From Octopus sinensis (Eukaryota), in the NCBI RefSeq assembly GCF_006345805.1, contig NC_042997.1, forward strand, positions 60,264,001-60,328,000: a DNA stretch of 64,000 bases. Reading direction: 5' to 3'. Every line of letters starts with the position of its first letter. The stretch's first letter is position 1. The notes under the pieces were generated by a model that made no database searches, was not told the DNA's origin, and saw only the letters and a program-made list of their open reading frames with translations. The position numbers and the translations under genes are program-made. Positions 1 to 10,440 of the stretch are shown here, piece by piece.

Positions 1-88
1 TAGAAAACGGTAAAGGGGGAAAAAGGGGAATTAGAGAAAGGATGAGAAAGAAAACGATGGGGGAGAAAACAGTATAGAGAAGAGTCGC

Positions 89-130
<42 letters not shown>

Positions 131-165
131 ATGTATGTATGTGTGTGTGTGTGCGTGTAGAAATA

Positions 166-197
<32 letters not shown>

Positions 198-282
198 AGG
201 TGGAAAGGAACACACGAGTTGATATATATGAAAAAACAAGTCAAAAATAGAAAATGCTAAGATGATTTTATAGTGAATCTTT

Positions 283-320
283 CAGTACCGGTTTCGGTCA
301 TTTTGAGACCTTTTCAACTG
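283..320 (-). ncRNA. Minimal type-I hammerhead ribozyme motif (U3-A8 core variant), left PLE arm
   Basis: Reverse complement reads cag-TTGAAAA-ggtc(tcaaaat)gacc-GAAA-ccgg-TA-ctg. Confidence 0.6.
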
Positions 321-654
321 TAACGATTAAATAATTAAATTTAGAAAAATTAGAAGAAAAGTTTTTTTAAAAGAATATTTCTGTAGTAGTGTTCAGATAT
401 AAGTAGCATTCTGCCTTTCTCTGACTCCCTTGTTTGCACTTGTGTGTTCGAGGTCGTTTTGAGTTCTTGGTAGGATAGGTGAAGAATAATGAGGCTGATG
501 TGGAGAGGGGGTGGGGAAATCTGGGAATGCCTTAATGGTCGTATTTTGAATGGTCAGTGGTTGACAGTAGTCGCAGTTCAATTCAGGAATTGTTTATGGA
601 ATTTGCGTAGGCGTTATACTGAAAGACATTAGTGACAAGGTTAAGGGGTGGAAG

Positions 655-830
655 GTGGAGAAGTAGAAGAAGAAGAAGATGACGATGTTGATGATGATGA
701 TGATGATGAAGAAGAAGAAGAAGAAGAAGGAGAAGAAGATGGTGGTGATGATGGTGGTGATGATGATGACGACGATGATGATGATAATGATGATGATGAA
801 GAAGAAGAGGAAGAAGAAGAAGAAGAAAAA
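655..830. repeat. (GAA)n/(GAT)n low-complexity tract in the PLE 3' UTR (mirror copy at about 1725-1905)
   Basis: Trinucleotide runs present in both palindrome arms, downstream of the endonuclease stop codon. Confidence 0.85.
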
Positions 831-945
831 GACTGAGAAGGGAGAATATGAATGGGTGTAAGTGATGGGGCTGATAAGTAATGGATTCTATGGAGTGTAA
901 TATTTGTGTGTGTATATATTTCTTTTATTCTAAAGTTGAGGTATA

Positions 946-1272
946 TTAATTGTTTGTCGTAGACCCGTTAAGAAGTGGCTTATATTTTGTAATAAAGATA
1001 TTTTCTTTACTTATTCGTTGTCTCGAGGTTGTATCGTCCCTAAATTGGTAGAGGGGGAAAATTCTGAAGTTTGGTGTTTTTTTGTTGGCGCAAGTATCTA
1101 TGTGTTGGCTAAAAGCTATTTTTCTGTTTTGGGGAATTTTTATCTGGGATCTGTGCAGGACCATTCGTTTACGCAAACCATTTTTTGTTTGGCCTATGTA
1201 CTGCTCTTGACACCCGGAGCAGGTTAGTGAGTATATTAGGTTCTCCGAAGCACATGTGAAGTTGCTTTTCAC
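946..1272 (-). CDS. PLE C-terminal GIY-YIG endonuclease domain, left arm (5'-truncated ORF remnant; Neptune-like, tentative)
   Basis: (QRFTV)KSNFTCASENLIYSLTCSGCQEQYIGQT...LRKR..LH...SQH...KE...LLN contains the LIY/YIG motif, the CCHH motif and the catalytic R/E/N residues. Confidence 0.88.
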   Translation of the reverse strand: MKSNFTCASENLIYSLTCSGCQEQYIGQTKNGLRKRMVLHRSQIKIPQNRKIAFSQHIDTCANKKTPNFRIFPLYQFRDDTTSRQRISKENIFITKYKPLLNGSTTNN

Positions 1273-1281
1273 TGTAAACCG

Positions 1282-1608
1282 TTGTCAAGCAACTTCACAT
1301 GTGCTTCGGAGAACCTAATATACTCACTAACCTGCTCCGGGTGCCAAGAGCAGTACATAGGCCAAACAAAAAATGGTTTGCGTAAACGAATGGCCCTGCA
1401 CAGATCCCAGATAAAAATTCCCCAAAACAGAAAAATAGCTTTTAGCCAACACATAGATACTTGCGCCAACAAAAGAACACCAAACTTCAGAATTTTCCCC
1501 CTCTACCAATTTAGGGACGATACAACCTCGAGACAACGAATAAGTAAAGAAAATATCTTTATTACAAAATACAAGCCACTTCTTAACGGGTCTACGACAA
1601 ACAATTAA
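1282..1608 (+). CDS. PLE C-terminal GIY-YIG endonuclease domain, right arm
   Basis: Same protein as the left arm (V/A and K/R differences); no stop codon inside the domain. Confidence 0.88.
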   Translation: MSSNFTCASENLIYSLTCSGCQEQYIGQTKNGLRKRMALHRSQIKIPQNRKIAFSQHIDTCANKRTPNFRIFPLYQFRDDTTSRQRISKENIFITKYKPLLNGSTTNN

Positions 1609-2238
1609 TATACCTCAACTTTAGAATAAAAGAAATATATACACACACAAATATTACACTCCATAGAATCCATTACCTATCAGCCCCATCACTTACACCC
1701 ATTCATATTCTCCCTTCTCAGTCTTTTTCTTCTTCTTCTTCTTCCTCTTCTTCTTCATCATCATCATTATCATCATCATCGTCGTCATCATCATCACCAC
1801 CATCATCACCACCATCTTCTCCTTCTCCTTCTTCTTCTTCTTCTTCTTCTTCTTCATCATCATCATCATCAACATCGTCATCTTCTTCTTCTTCTACTTC
1901 TCCACCTTCCACCCCTTAACCTTGTCACTAATGTCTTTCAGTATAACGTCTACGCAAATTCCATAAACAATTCCTGAATTGAACTGCGACTACTGTCAGC
2001 CACTGACCATTCAAAATACGACCATTAAGGCATTCCCAGATTTCCCCACCGCCTCTCCACATCAGCCTCATTATTCTTCACCTATCCTACCAAGAACTCA
2101 AAACGACCTCGAACACACAAGTGCAAACAAGGGAGTCAGAGAAAGGCAGAATGCTACTTATATCTGAACACTACTACAGAAATATTCTTTTAAAAAAACT
2201 TTTCTTCTAATTTTCTAAATTTAATTATTTAATCGTTA

Positions 2239-2276
2239 CAGTTGAAAAGGTCTCAAAATGACCGAAACCGGTACTG
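2239..2276 (+). ncRNA. Minimal type-I hammerhead ribozyme motif (U3-A8 core variant), right PLE arm
   Basis: Stem I cag/ctg, core TTGAAAA, stem II ggtc/gacc, GAAA, palindromic stem III ACCGGT, GUA cleavage triplet. Confidence 0.6.
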
Positions 2277-2325
2277 AAAGATTCACTATAAAATCATCTT
2301 AGCATTTTCTATTTTTGACTTGTTT

Positions 2326-2329
<4 letters not shown>

Positions 2330-2415
<86 letters not shown>
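2330..2415. repeat. (TA)n microsatellite at the PLE 3' terminus
   Basis: Pure TA run. Confidence 0.95.
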
Positions 2416-2417
<2 letters not shown>

Positions 2418-2676
2418 TAAAATGTGATTTCTCAAGTTTCTACATTATTTCCATATTTCAAGTTAAAACACTCTTCCTCGAGCCTTATACCCTTTAATAT
2501 TTTGCAATGACATCTTTCGTGCAAATCGTCCATGAAACGTAAGGTGCAATTTCATGCACAGACTTGCGAGACTCATACAATGTACCTCTACAAAGTTATA
2601 GTCAAGCATATCTCGAAGTGGAAGAGCTGGTATTTACATAATACCCCAAAGTACAAGCGTTAATTCTAAAACCTAC

Positions 2677-2804
2677 CTGGATATTTTTAAACATTTTCCA
2701 TCTTATATAATCATCCATAATTACACGGTATTCCAAGAGAATACCCCATCTCGTTATTCTGTAAATTGCATGTGAGATAGGCAATGACAAATGATTGTAC
2801 CGTT
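2677..2804 (-). other. Candidate internal exon of an unidentified host gene (128 nt)
   Basis: Acceptor ttaattttcctag and donor CAG|gtaggt. One open frame (xRYNHLSLPISHAIYRITRWGILLEYRVIMDDYIRWKMFKNIQ); no recognised homology. Confidence 0.3.
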
Positions 2805-3190
2805 CTAGGAAAATTAACATTATCAACACCCTTTTTCAAATGAAAAGGGAATGAAAAAGTTAACTTGAAACTGTATTAGATTAGAAAAACGGTGTGGATA
2901 AAATCTGTAATGTACATACAAACATGTAGCGGGACGAGTTGTACTATTTTGTATTAAAGTAACTTGTTTATTGAAAACATAGAGCACAGTTAGGTTGCTG
3001 ACGGCAGATAGTCAGACTCAGTGTTTCAACCTCCTTTTCTCTCCTCAGTGATGAAACTACCCGTCTGTCTGGACATTCTGAGTTAAGCCAACAAATATTC
3101 GTTCCGATATAGAAATTGGTAAGAGTATTATAGAAATCAGAAATATTACATTCGTAAATGTCTCAAAGAGACATGAGCGGTGGTGGAGGG

Positions 3191-3331
3191 ATAGAGTGGT
3201 TGTATACTGTCAACTTAACGTGACAGTCCCGTATGGGAATTACACCACCGCTGTTTAACCGTAGGAAGCATCGAACGCTTCCTGTCAGTTTTGACACGTC
3301 ACGTTAAGTTGACAGTATACAACCACTCTAT
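3191..3331. repeat. 141-bp element with perfect 34-bp terminal inverted repeats (MITE-like)
   Basis: atagagtggttgtatactgtcaacttaacgtgac (3191-3224) is the exact reverse complement of 3298-3331. No TSD seen. Confidence 0.75.
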
Positions 3332-3454
3332 TATAGAAATGTTTGAATTGAATTCTATACCTAAATCAATTCTAAAATTAAATACGACAATTACTGAATT
3401 GTTAATAACCAACTGACCAATTACAATAGTTTTCTTTGTCACTGTCGTTATGCG

Positions 3455-3810
3455 TTGTTTATATACATATATATATATATATACATATATATATATGCAT
3501 ATATATAATATGTATATACATATGCATATACATACTTGAATCTATATATTGTGACATATACATGCATGCATATATATTTATATATATATATGTACAAACA
3601 TATATATATGCATAGATATACATACAGAGATATATATGCATATATATATACATATATATATATACATATATATTTACATATATATATATACATACATATA
3701 TATACATATATATGTACATACATATATATATACATATATATACATACATATATATATACATATATACATGCATACATGTATATATACATACATATATATG
3801 CATAAATATA
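3455..3810. repeat. Degenerate (TA)n/(TACA)n microsatellite
   Basis: Low-complexity TA/CA tract. Confidence 0.9.
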
Positions 3811-4094
3811 TTTCTAAGTATCAGGAAGGAGTCTATAGGTAGAAATCATGATTCTATCTTCAGTCTCTAGATTCTAATTTCTGTCCAAAATAGGTGACAT
3901 AGTATTCCTTCCACGTACCAAGGTATATCGACATGTTTTATAACCAGCGAAGCAATAATACCATATTTTGACGATATAATGAATTATAATTTGACCCCCA
4001 GTACTCAACCGTTACTGTAATATATCGCTTCCGAATGAGGAAAGGACAAAGTTGACACACGACGGAATTGAACTCATAATGTAAAGTAGTAGTT

Positions 4095-4133
<39 letters not shown>

Positions 4134-4465
4134 TAGTAGTAGTAGTAGTATAGTAGTAGTAGTAGTAGTAACAACTTTAAAAATATCAAGCTGTTTGAAT
4201 GCTGAATTTGTATATTGAGATTAGGCAGTGAAAAGTGGTCAAGGAGATAAACATGTGAATGAGACTGCTTTCGATCAATTGAAAATCGACTTTAATGGTT
4301 TCGTATGTTTAGGTTTGTATTATCAGAAATGAAAGAAAATACTCAATAGTTAGGAAATTCAAAAAACGGAAGTATTCGATGAATAAAATATTTCTGGTTT
4401 GTAATGTCTTCAACATCGTATCCCTGCAATATATCTTAAATTTGTTTATTTTTTTGTGATATCAT

Positions 4466-5250
4466 TTGTCTCTTACTTGTTTTGGTCTCCACACTGCGAC
4501 CATGCTGGTGCACCTTCTTAAAGGATGTAGTTGAACAAATAGCCCCATGATGTATTTTTGAGCCTGGTACTTATTCCATCAACCTCCTGTTGCCAAACAG
4601 CTAAGTTATGGGGACGCAAACAAACCAACACTTGTTGTCAAGCAGTGCTGGGGACAAAGACACATACACACATATGCGCGCGCACACGCACACATACACA
4701 CACACACATATATATATGTATATATATACATACATACACACACACACATATATGTGTGTGTGTGTGTGTGTGTGTGGAGGCGCAATGGCCCAGTGGTTAG
4801 GGCAGCGGACTCGCAGTCGTAGGATCGCGGTTTCGATTCCCAGACCGGGCGTTGTGAGTGTTTATTGAGCGAAAACACCTAAAGCTCCACGAGGCTCCGG
4901 CAGGGGGTGGTGGCGATCCCTGCTGTACTCTTTCGCCACAACTTTTTCTCACTCATTCTGTGTTGGCCTGCTCGCTTAGCCAGCGGGGTGGCGTCATTTG
5001 AAGGCTAAAACAATGCGAAGCGCATTGTGACCAGCGATGTACACCAACATCTGATAGCCTGGTCGGTCACGGTGATCACGGTGATATATATATATATATA
5101 TATTGTCAGGCTTCTTTCAGTTCCTGTCTACCAAATTGGTCGAACTGGAGTTATAGTAGAAGATATATGCCCAAGGTGCTTTACAGTGGGACTGAATCCA
5201 AGATCACATTGTCGGAAAGGAAGCTTGTTACCACTCAGCCACGTCTGCGC
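4466..5250 (-). mobile_element. tRNA-derived SINE (family C) split at its internal microsatellite by a nested SINE
   Basis: The 5' half (5105-5250) and 3' half (4466-4665) match, in reverse, the family C copies at 55377-55745 and 28070-28400. Confidence 0.65.
4776..5084 (+). mobile_element. tRNA-derived SINE (family A)
   Basis: A-box tggcccagtgg and B-box ggtttcgattccc; follows (TG)n and ends in (TA)n. Its 5' part is repeated at 21668-21752. Confidence 0.8.
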
Positions 5251-5369
5251 CCAGACTTGTAAACATCTTACTTGTTTCATTTAAAATATTTATCAAATAC
5301 TAAGTTTACGGGAAAGGATAAAGAATCCATTGTAAAACAATACGTAGAGAAATATTCTTTTCTACTCTA

Positions 5370-5720
5370 GGCACAAAGCCCGAAATTTTGGAGGAGGGGG
5401 CCAGTCGATTATATTGACCCCAGTACGCAACTGGTACTTAATTTATCGATCCTGAAAGGATGAAAGGCAAACTCGACCTCAGCGGAATTTGAATTCAGAA
5501 TGTAAAAACAGACGAAATACCTATTTCTTTACTACCCACAAGGGGCTAAACACAGAAGGGAGAAATAAAGACAGACAAACGGATTGAGTCGATTATATCG
5601 ACCTCAAAAGGATGAAAGGCAAAGTCGACCTCGGCGGAATTTGAACTCAGAACGTAGCGGCAGACGAAATACGGCTACGCATTTCGCCCGGCGTGCTAAC
5701 ATTTCTGCCAGCTCGCCGCC
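5370..5720 (-). mobile_element. SINE family B, dimeric structure (head-body-LINE-like tail followed by a second body)
   Basis: Reverse-complement match to 57180-57560, including ggcggcgagctggcaga...gagttcaaattccgccgaggtcgac and the tail ...gtgggtagtaaagaaatag. Confidence 0.8.
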
Positions 5721-5825
5721 TTAACGTAGAGAAATATTGAATACAAAATACAGACATTGGGCGAGCTGTACTTAGAAAACCGTTCTACATACAAAATTAG
5801 GAGCAGGCTTGGGTGTGTGGTGAGA

Positions 5826-6135
5826 CTGGCGCACTCATGACTGTGTGGTAAGAAGTTTGGTTCTTAACTATGTGACTCCGAGTTCAATTCCTTTGCGTGA
5901 CACCTTGAATAAGTGTTTTATTCTTTAACCTCAGTCCAACCAAAGCTATATGGGTGGATTTGGTAAAAGGAAACCGAAAGAAGCTCATCACGTATGCAAA
6001 CAATGTGTGTGCCTTTGTGTCTGTGTCCCCTACCACCGTTTCATAACCGTTTCTTCGTGTATTTATGTCTCCTGTAACTTAGTGGTTCAGCAAAAGAGAC
6101 CGATAGAATAAGTACCAAGCTTTAAAGAATAAGTG
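5826..6135 (+). mobile_element. SINE family C, diverged copy
   Basis: gctgtgtggtaagaagttt...gatagaataagtaccaagc, similar to 55377-55745. Confidence 0.6.
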
Positions 6136-7734
6136 TACTTTTCTAAACAAAAATAAGGTGTTTGCAGCATATTAGGAGGTCAGGGTACTTGATTCCATGC
6201 AAAAAATCCGAGTTTTTTTTCTTTGTGAAAATCTTGTGTGAAAAGGTCAATGGGAGTGGTGTGGAATTTCCGAGGCGTCTACCTCACCCCATCCCGTTTT
6301 CCGAACCCAAAAAGGGTTTTGTAGCATATTAGGAGGTGACCGGAATTCATTCAACGATAAAAAAAGAAGATTTCTAATGATTCCAGGATATGGGGGGGGG
6401 CGATTTCCCACCCCACTCCCTTTTTCTGAAGAAACATAAGGAGTTTGCAGCATATTAGTAGGTCAGGGTACTTGATTCCACGCAAAAAATTAGAGTTTTT
6501 TTTTCTTAGTGAAAATCGTGCGAGGAACCGTAAACTAAATATAACTCTGTGCATCTTGATCTAGTACACATATATTTCATTATAATTTCTTTCAACCCTT
6601 TTATATCCTTTTAATATACCTTGCCGTTCCTATCTAAATAGGTTTTCATTACACTACCTAGTTCCTTGATTGAAAATGATATCATATTACACATTTAGCC
6701 AGTCCTTTAAGTACATTTTATTCCATCATAATTCCGATCTTTTTTGGACGTTTGGATGGGAGGATAAATTATTTAACCTCCCGTCCCATTTCATTGAAAC
6801 AGTTTACATAATTATTTAATATATATTTTGGTTTACTTAGCAATCGTCTTTAGATTACACAGTACACAATCATCATTAGTGCTGCCTATTTTATCACCCT
6901 TTTTTCATTAACACAATATCATTTTATCATTCGATTCAACTTATCATTATCACTTCTTAAGCTAATACGATTTATGCTTCTTACGTCATAGGAATTCATC
7001 TGTTTATGCAACCAAACAATGTTTTAATGTTATGTTTATTTACATGTGTCTTTATTTACAATTATTTATACTTTATATTCACCTGTACCATTTTATTTGC
7101 TAACTCAAAGTTTTTCCTATGACACAGCTTTAATATAAATTATTCCTATTCAATTCCCTATCACATCATATTCTTCTGTCGTTATTTTACAGAAACCAAT
7201 TAATACCATTTATCTTCGTTTAACTCAGCATTATTCACATAATCACAGCCCTTCCTTATTTGTTTCTTTTCTTTCATTTAATGCCCCCTAATTTCTCTTC
7301 GATATTTTACTCACTCTTTACGCATCTATATCTTTTTTCATTTCTTACTGATTTCCTCTGTAATTAACGACTTCCGTTAGAAAATAGTTATCCATTTTCA
7401 AGAATATTTTTCCAAACTTCAATGTCTGATTTTTCATATTTACTTTAACATCTGTACCACCATATCTTCTTTCAGTTACTATTTGGATCTTATCATAAAG
7501 GCTGAGTGGTTTTGTAACATATGGTCCGCCCATTGTCACAATTTCTTATACTACATTTTCAAATGGATAAATTTTTTCTTGCTTTTATTTTGTAAGTACA
7601 TTAATTTCTTCCATATCTTTGATCTGTGAAAGTTGTTTTGCTTAAATGAAGCAAATAATATTTGCTTAAGAGTTTATTGTAGTAAATTAATGATACAAAT
7701 CTACATTCTAACAATTACAAATACCGTGTTTCAG

Positions 7735-9960
7735 TTGGCAGATAAAGCATCCCCGATCTGATAACTGTCACTTGCTTGACTATGTCATAACTAGGAGCAA
7801 AGATTGCAATGATTTCAGATTAACCAGTGCTCACAAAACTTCTGAGTGTTATTTGGATCACAGAATGGTTCGCAGTAATATATTTGCTGACCTGACCACT
7901 GATATCCAGTATAACTCTGAGAATAAACGTTTTCTTTAAAAAAATCTAGAAACGAGAAAAGCTTTGAAATACATGTAAATTCAAAGCTTGTGAATATAGA
8001 GGAAAGCAAAGATCCTGAAGTTTTGTAGCGTAATATTCATGACAGCATCAAATCATCTGCGGAAGAGGTTCGTCAAACGCAAGCATCAAGATTGACTCGA
8101 TGAGAACGATTCTCAAAATAAACTTCTCCTAGAAACTATACTCGAAAGACACAAGACATGGATCTCAAAAAAAAATCACCATCACTCAGAAAACTACTCA
8201 GATAAATGGTGTAAGATGAAAACTTCTTGGTGGTCAAAAACATCCCAAGAATTGGAACAGTTTGCTAACTCTCACAATTTGAGAGCATTGTATGACAATC
8301 TGAAAAGTTTATAAGGTTTTTAAAAGGATGGTACTGAATCAATTCTTTCTAAAGGCGGGTCAAAACTCTTAAGTAGCAACGATGAAATTCTGAAAAATGG
8401 GCTGGGTACTATAGATCCGTATCAAATTAAGAATCCACTACCGATCCTAAAGTAATCAGTAAAAACCTTCAGAGGCCTATAATTAAGGAACTTGCGGAAG
8501 ATTCCTCCTTGGAAGAGATACGTATTGCATTTAAAAATCTTTCCAATGGTAAAGCTCCTGGACAACACTGTATTCCCATAGAAGTGTACAAGCATGGTGG
8601 CAGACAATTTGTAAGAAAGCTGCACAAATTGATCTGCTTGATCTGGGATGCGTCTATAGTGCACTTGTGCAAAAACAAGGGCAAGAAGAGTGTATGTGAT
8701 AATCACAGAAGAATAATTTTTCATATGCATAGCTGGAAAAATTCTTGCGAGGGTGATCCTTAACTGCATCAATATGCATGTAGTAAACAGCATATATGCT
8801 GAAACCCAATGTGAATATCGGGCTGGGAGAGGCACAGTTGACATGACTTTTACCCTTCGGCAAGTTCGAGTAAAAGTACATCAGCAAAACATTAACTTGT
8901 ACATGGTCTTTGTCGACTTGATCAAGGTCTTTGGTACAGTGAATCATGAGGCGTTCAGGAAAATTTTGTCAAAAGTTGGTCTTCCTCATCAAAGGACAAG
9001 GGCAATAGTATCTGAACAAAAGAACGATGGCAACAACGATATCTAGCAGTCAATATTCAGCGGCATTTTCTGTTGCCACTGAATCCAAATAGGGTTATGT
9101 TTTAGTACTTTTTCCATGTCTTTTTCAGTAATACTCAAACATGTTTTCAGGGATTATCATGAAGGTGTAAAATTCCAGTTTCGCGCAGAAGGATGTCTAC
9201 TAAAACCTAAAAGGGCAAAGTTTCGGATCAAAGAAAAAAACCAAGAAAGAGCTTCTACGTGATTTTCTGTTTGCTGATGATTGAATTTTGATTTCTCATA
9301 CATTTGAGAGAATTCAGGAAGCAGTCGACAGCTTTGCTACGGCAGTCTGTGCAACTGGACTGACTGTCAGCATCAAGAAACTGAGTTTTATTTCAACCAA
9401 AGCCTGAGGCAGAACATATTCAAGATTCAAATGTGATGATTGACAACAAGCCACTGAAATTGGTCCGGTCATTTAAATATCTTGGCAGTACAGAAAACTT
9501 TAAGAATTCTCTTTAAGACGAAATCAATCTTAGAATATCTAATGCCAGAAAGGATTTTGGAAAACTTGCCCATCGTTTGTGGGACAAACACGGTGTCAGT
9601 CTGAAAAATAAAATAAGCATATACAAACCTTATATGTTGAGCACATTCTTGTATGAGGAAGAAGCATGTACTCCCTACAACAGGCACAAAGAAATTTGAA
9701 ACCTATCACATATGCGATCTGTGCAATATCTGCAACATAAAATGGCAAGATAACATATCAAATGTCAGAATCTTATAAAATGTAATATCTCCAGTATCAA
9801 AAGCACGTTGCTGAGAATTCAGTGCAGATAAGTAGGACATGTTGTTCGAATGAACGATGACTGCATTGCGAAAATTCTTTTGTATAGGGATACCGCGGAA
9901 AAGGAAAACTCTCACCTTAGGTATAAGGGTAAGTTGAAGTGATCACTAAAGTCTCTACAG
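7735..9960 (+). mobile_element. RTE-clade LINE relic (APE end plus RT), multiple stops and frameshifts
   Basis: HLLDYVITRS (APE end), PSLEEIRIAFKNLSNGKAPG, QCEYRAGRGTVDMTFTLRQ, VFVDLIKVFGTV, FLFADD, FKYLGS, EINLRISNARKDFGKL. Confidence 0.85.
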
Positions 9961-10020
9961 CTTAATTCGGGTAAGTCATTGCCTAGATCAGTGATCCACC
10001 ACCACCGTCATCATTATCAC

Positions 10021-10070
<50 letters not shown>

Positions 10071-10440
10071 GAAAACTCACAGCTCATTTTGCTGGGTATG
10101 ATGCAAAGTGTCAGCTGTCCACAGACAGAAGACTAAGGTGACACTTGTTAACTGGTCATGTTTCAAGAACCCTGCGAAGAATTATTGCAGTTCCAAGCAA
10201 TGCTGATTTTTGTAAGTGGTCTAGCTTTACATTTGTACCACTCTCTTTTGAGCCCAGCTGGTAGTTAAGTGCTGATGCTTCCAAGCGCACCAATTACTAT
10301 TGGTACCACGTCTACTCTCCTCATTGACCACAACCTTCGTATTTCCCACTTCAAATCGTCATAGTTGTTCAGTTTTTCTTCGTTCTCCTTAAACCCTGAA
10401 ACTCCCGAACATGAGCCCCACCTCACCCAACGGACGCAGC
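10021..10440 (-). mobile_element. R4/Dong-like RLE retrotransposon 3' fragment with (AAT)n tail
   Basis: EEKLNNYDDLKWEIRRLWSMRRVDVVPIVIGALGSIST resembles the C-termini at 39780-40030 and 41390-41598. The (att)n at 10021-10067 is the tail. Confidence 0.75.

Larger units (their letters stand above)
222..2337. mobile_element. Penelope-like retroelement: two 5'-truncated copies joined head-to-head as a near-perfect inverted repeat (arms about 222-1267 and 1287-2337)
   Basis: The arms are reverse complements over about 1.04 kb (about 6 substitutions seen by eye, plus microsatellite slippage). Both encode the same GIY-YIG domain and end in an HHR-like motif and (TA)n. Confidence 0.9.

Noticed and set aside
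648-861. Highly acidic and poly-Met/Lys ORFs (also 1693-1912)
   Set aside because: Translations of (GAA)n/(GAT)n tracts in the PLE 3' UTR; no start context or homology.
2950-3170. Cys-containing minus-strand frames resembling EGF/GPS motifs or a signal peptide
   Set aside because: Weak donor site, alternative frames equally open, and joining to the next candidate exon gives early stops.
3448-3842. Numerous YI/HT/CV/MYVC-repeat ORFs here and at 13.3-14.3, 16.1-16.5, 44.1-44.6, 56.2-57.7 and 59.0-59.3 kb
   Set aside because: Stop-free frames of dinucleotide and tetranucleotide microsatellites.
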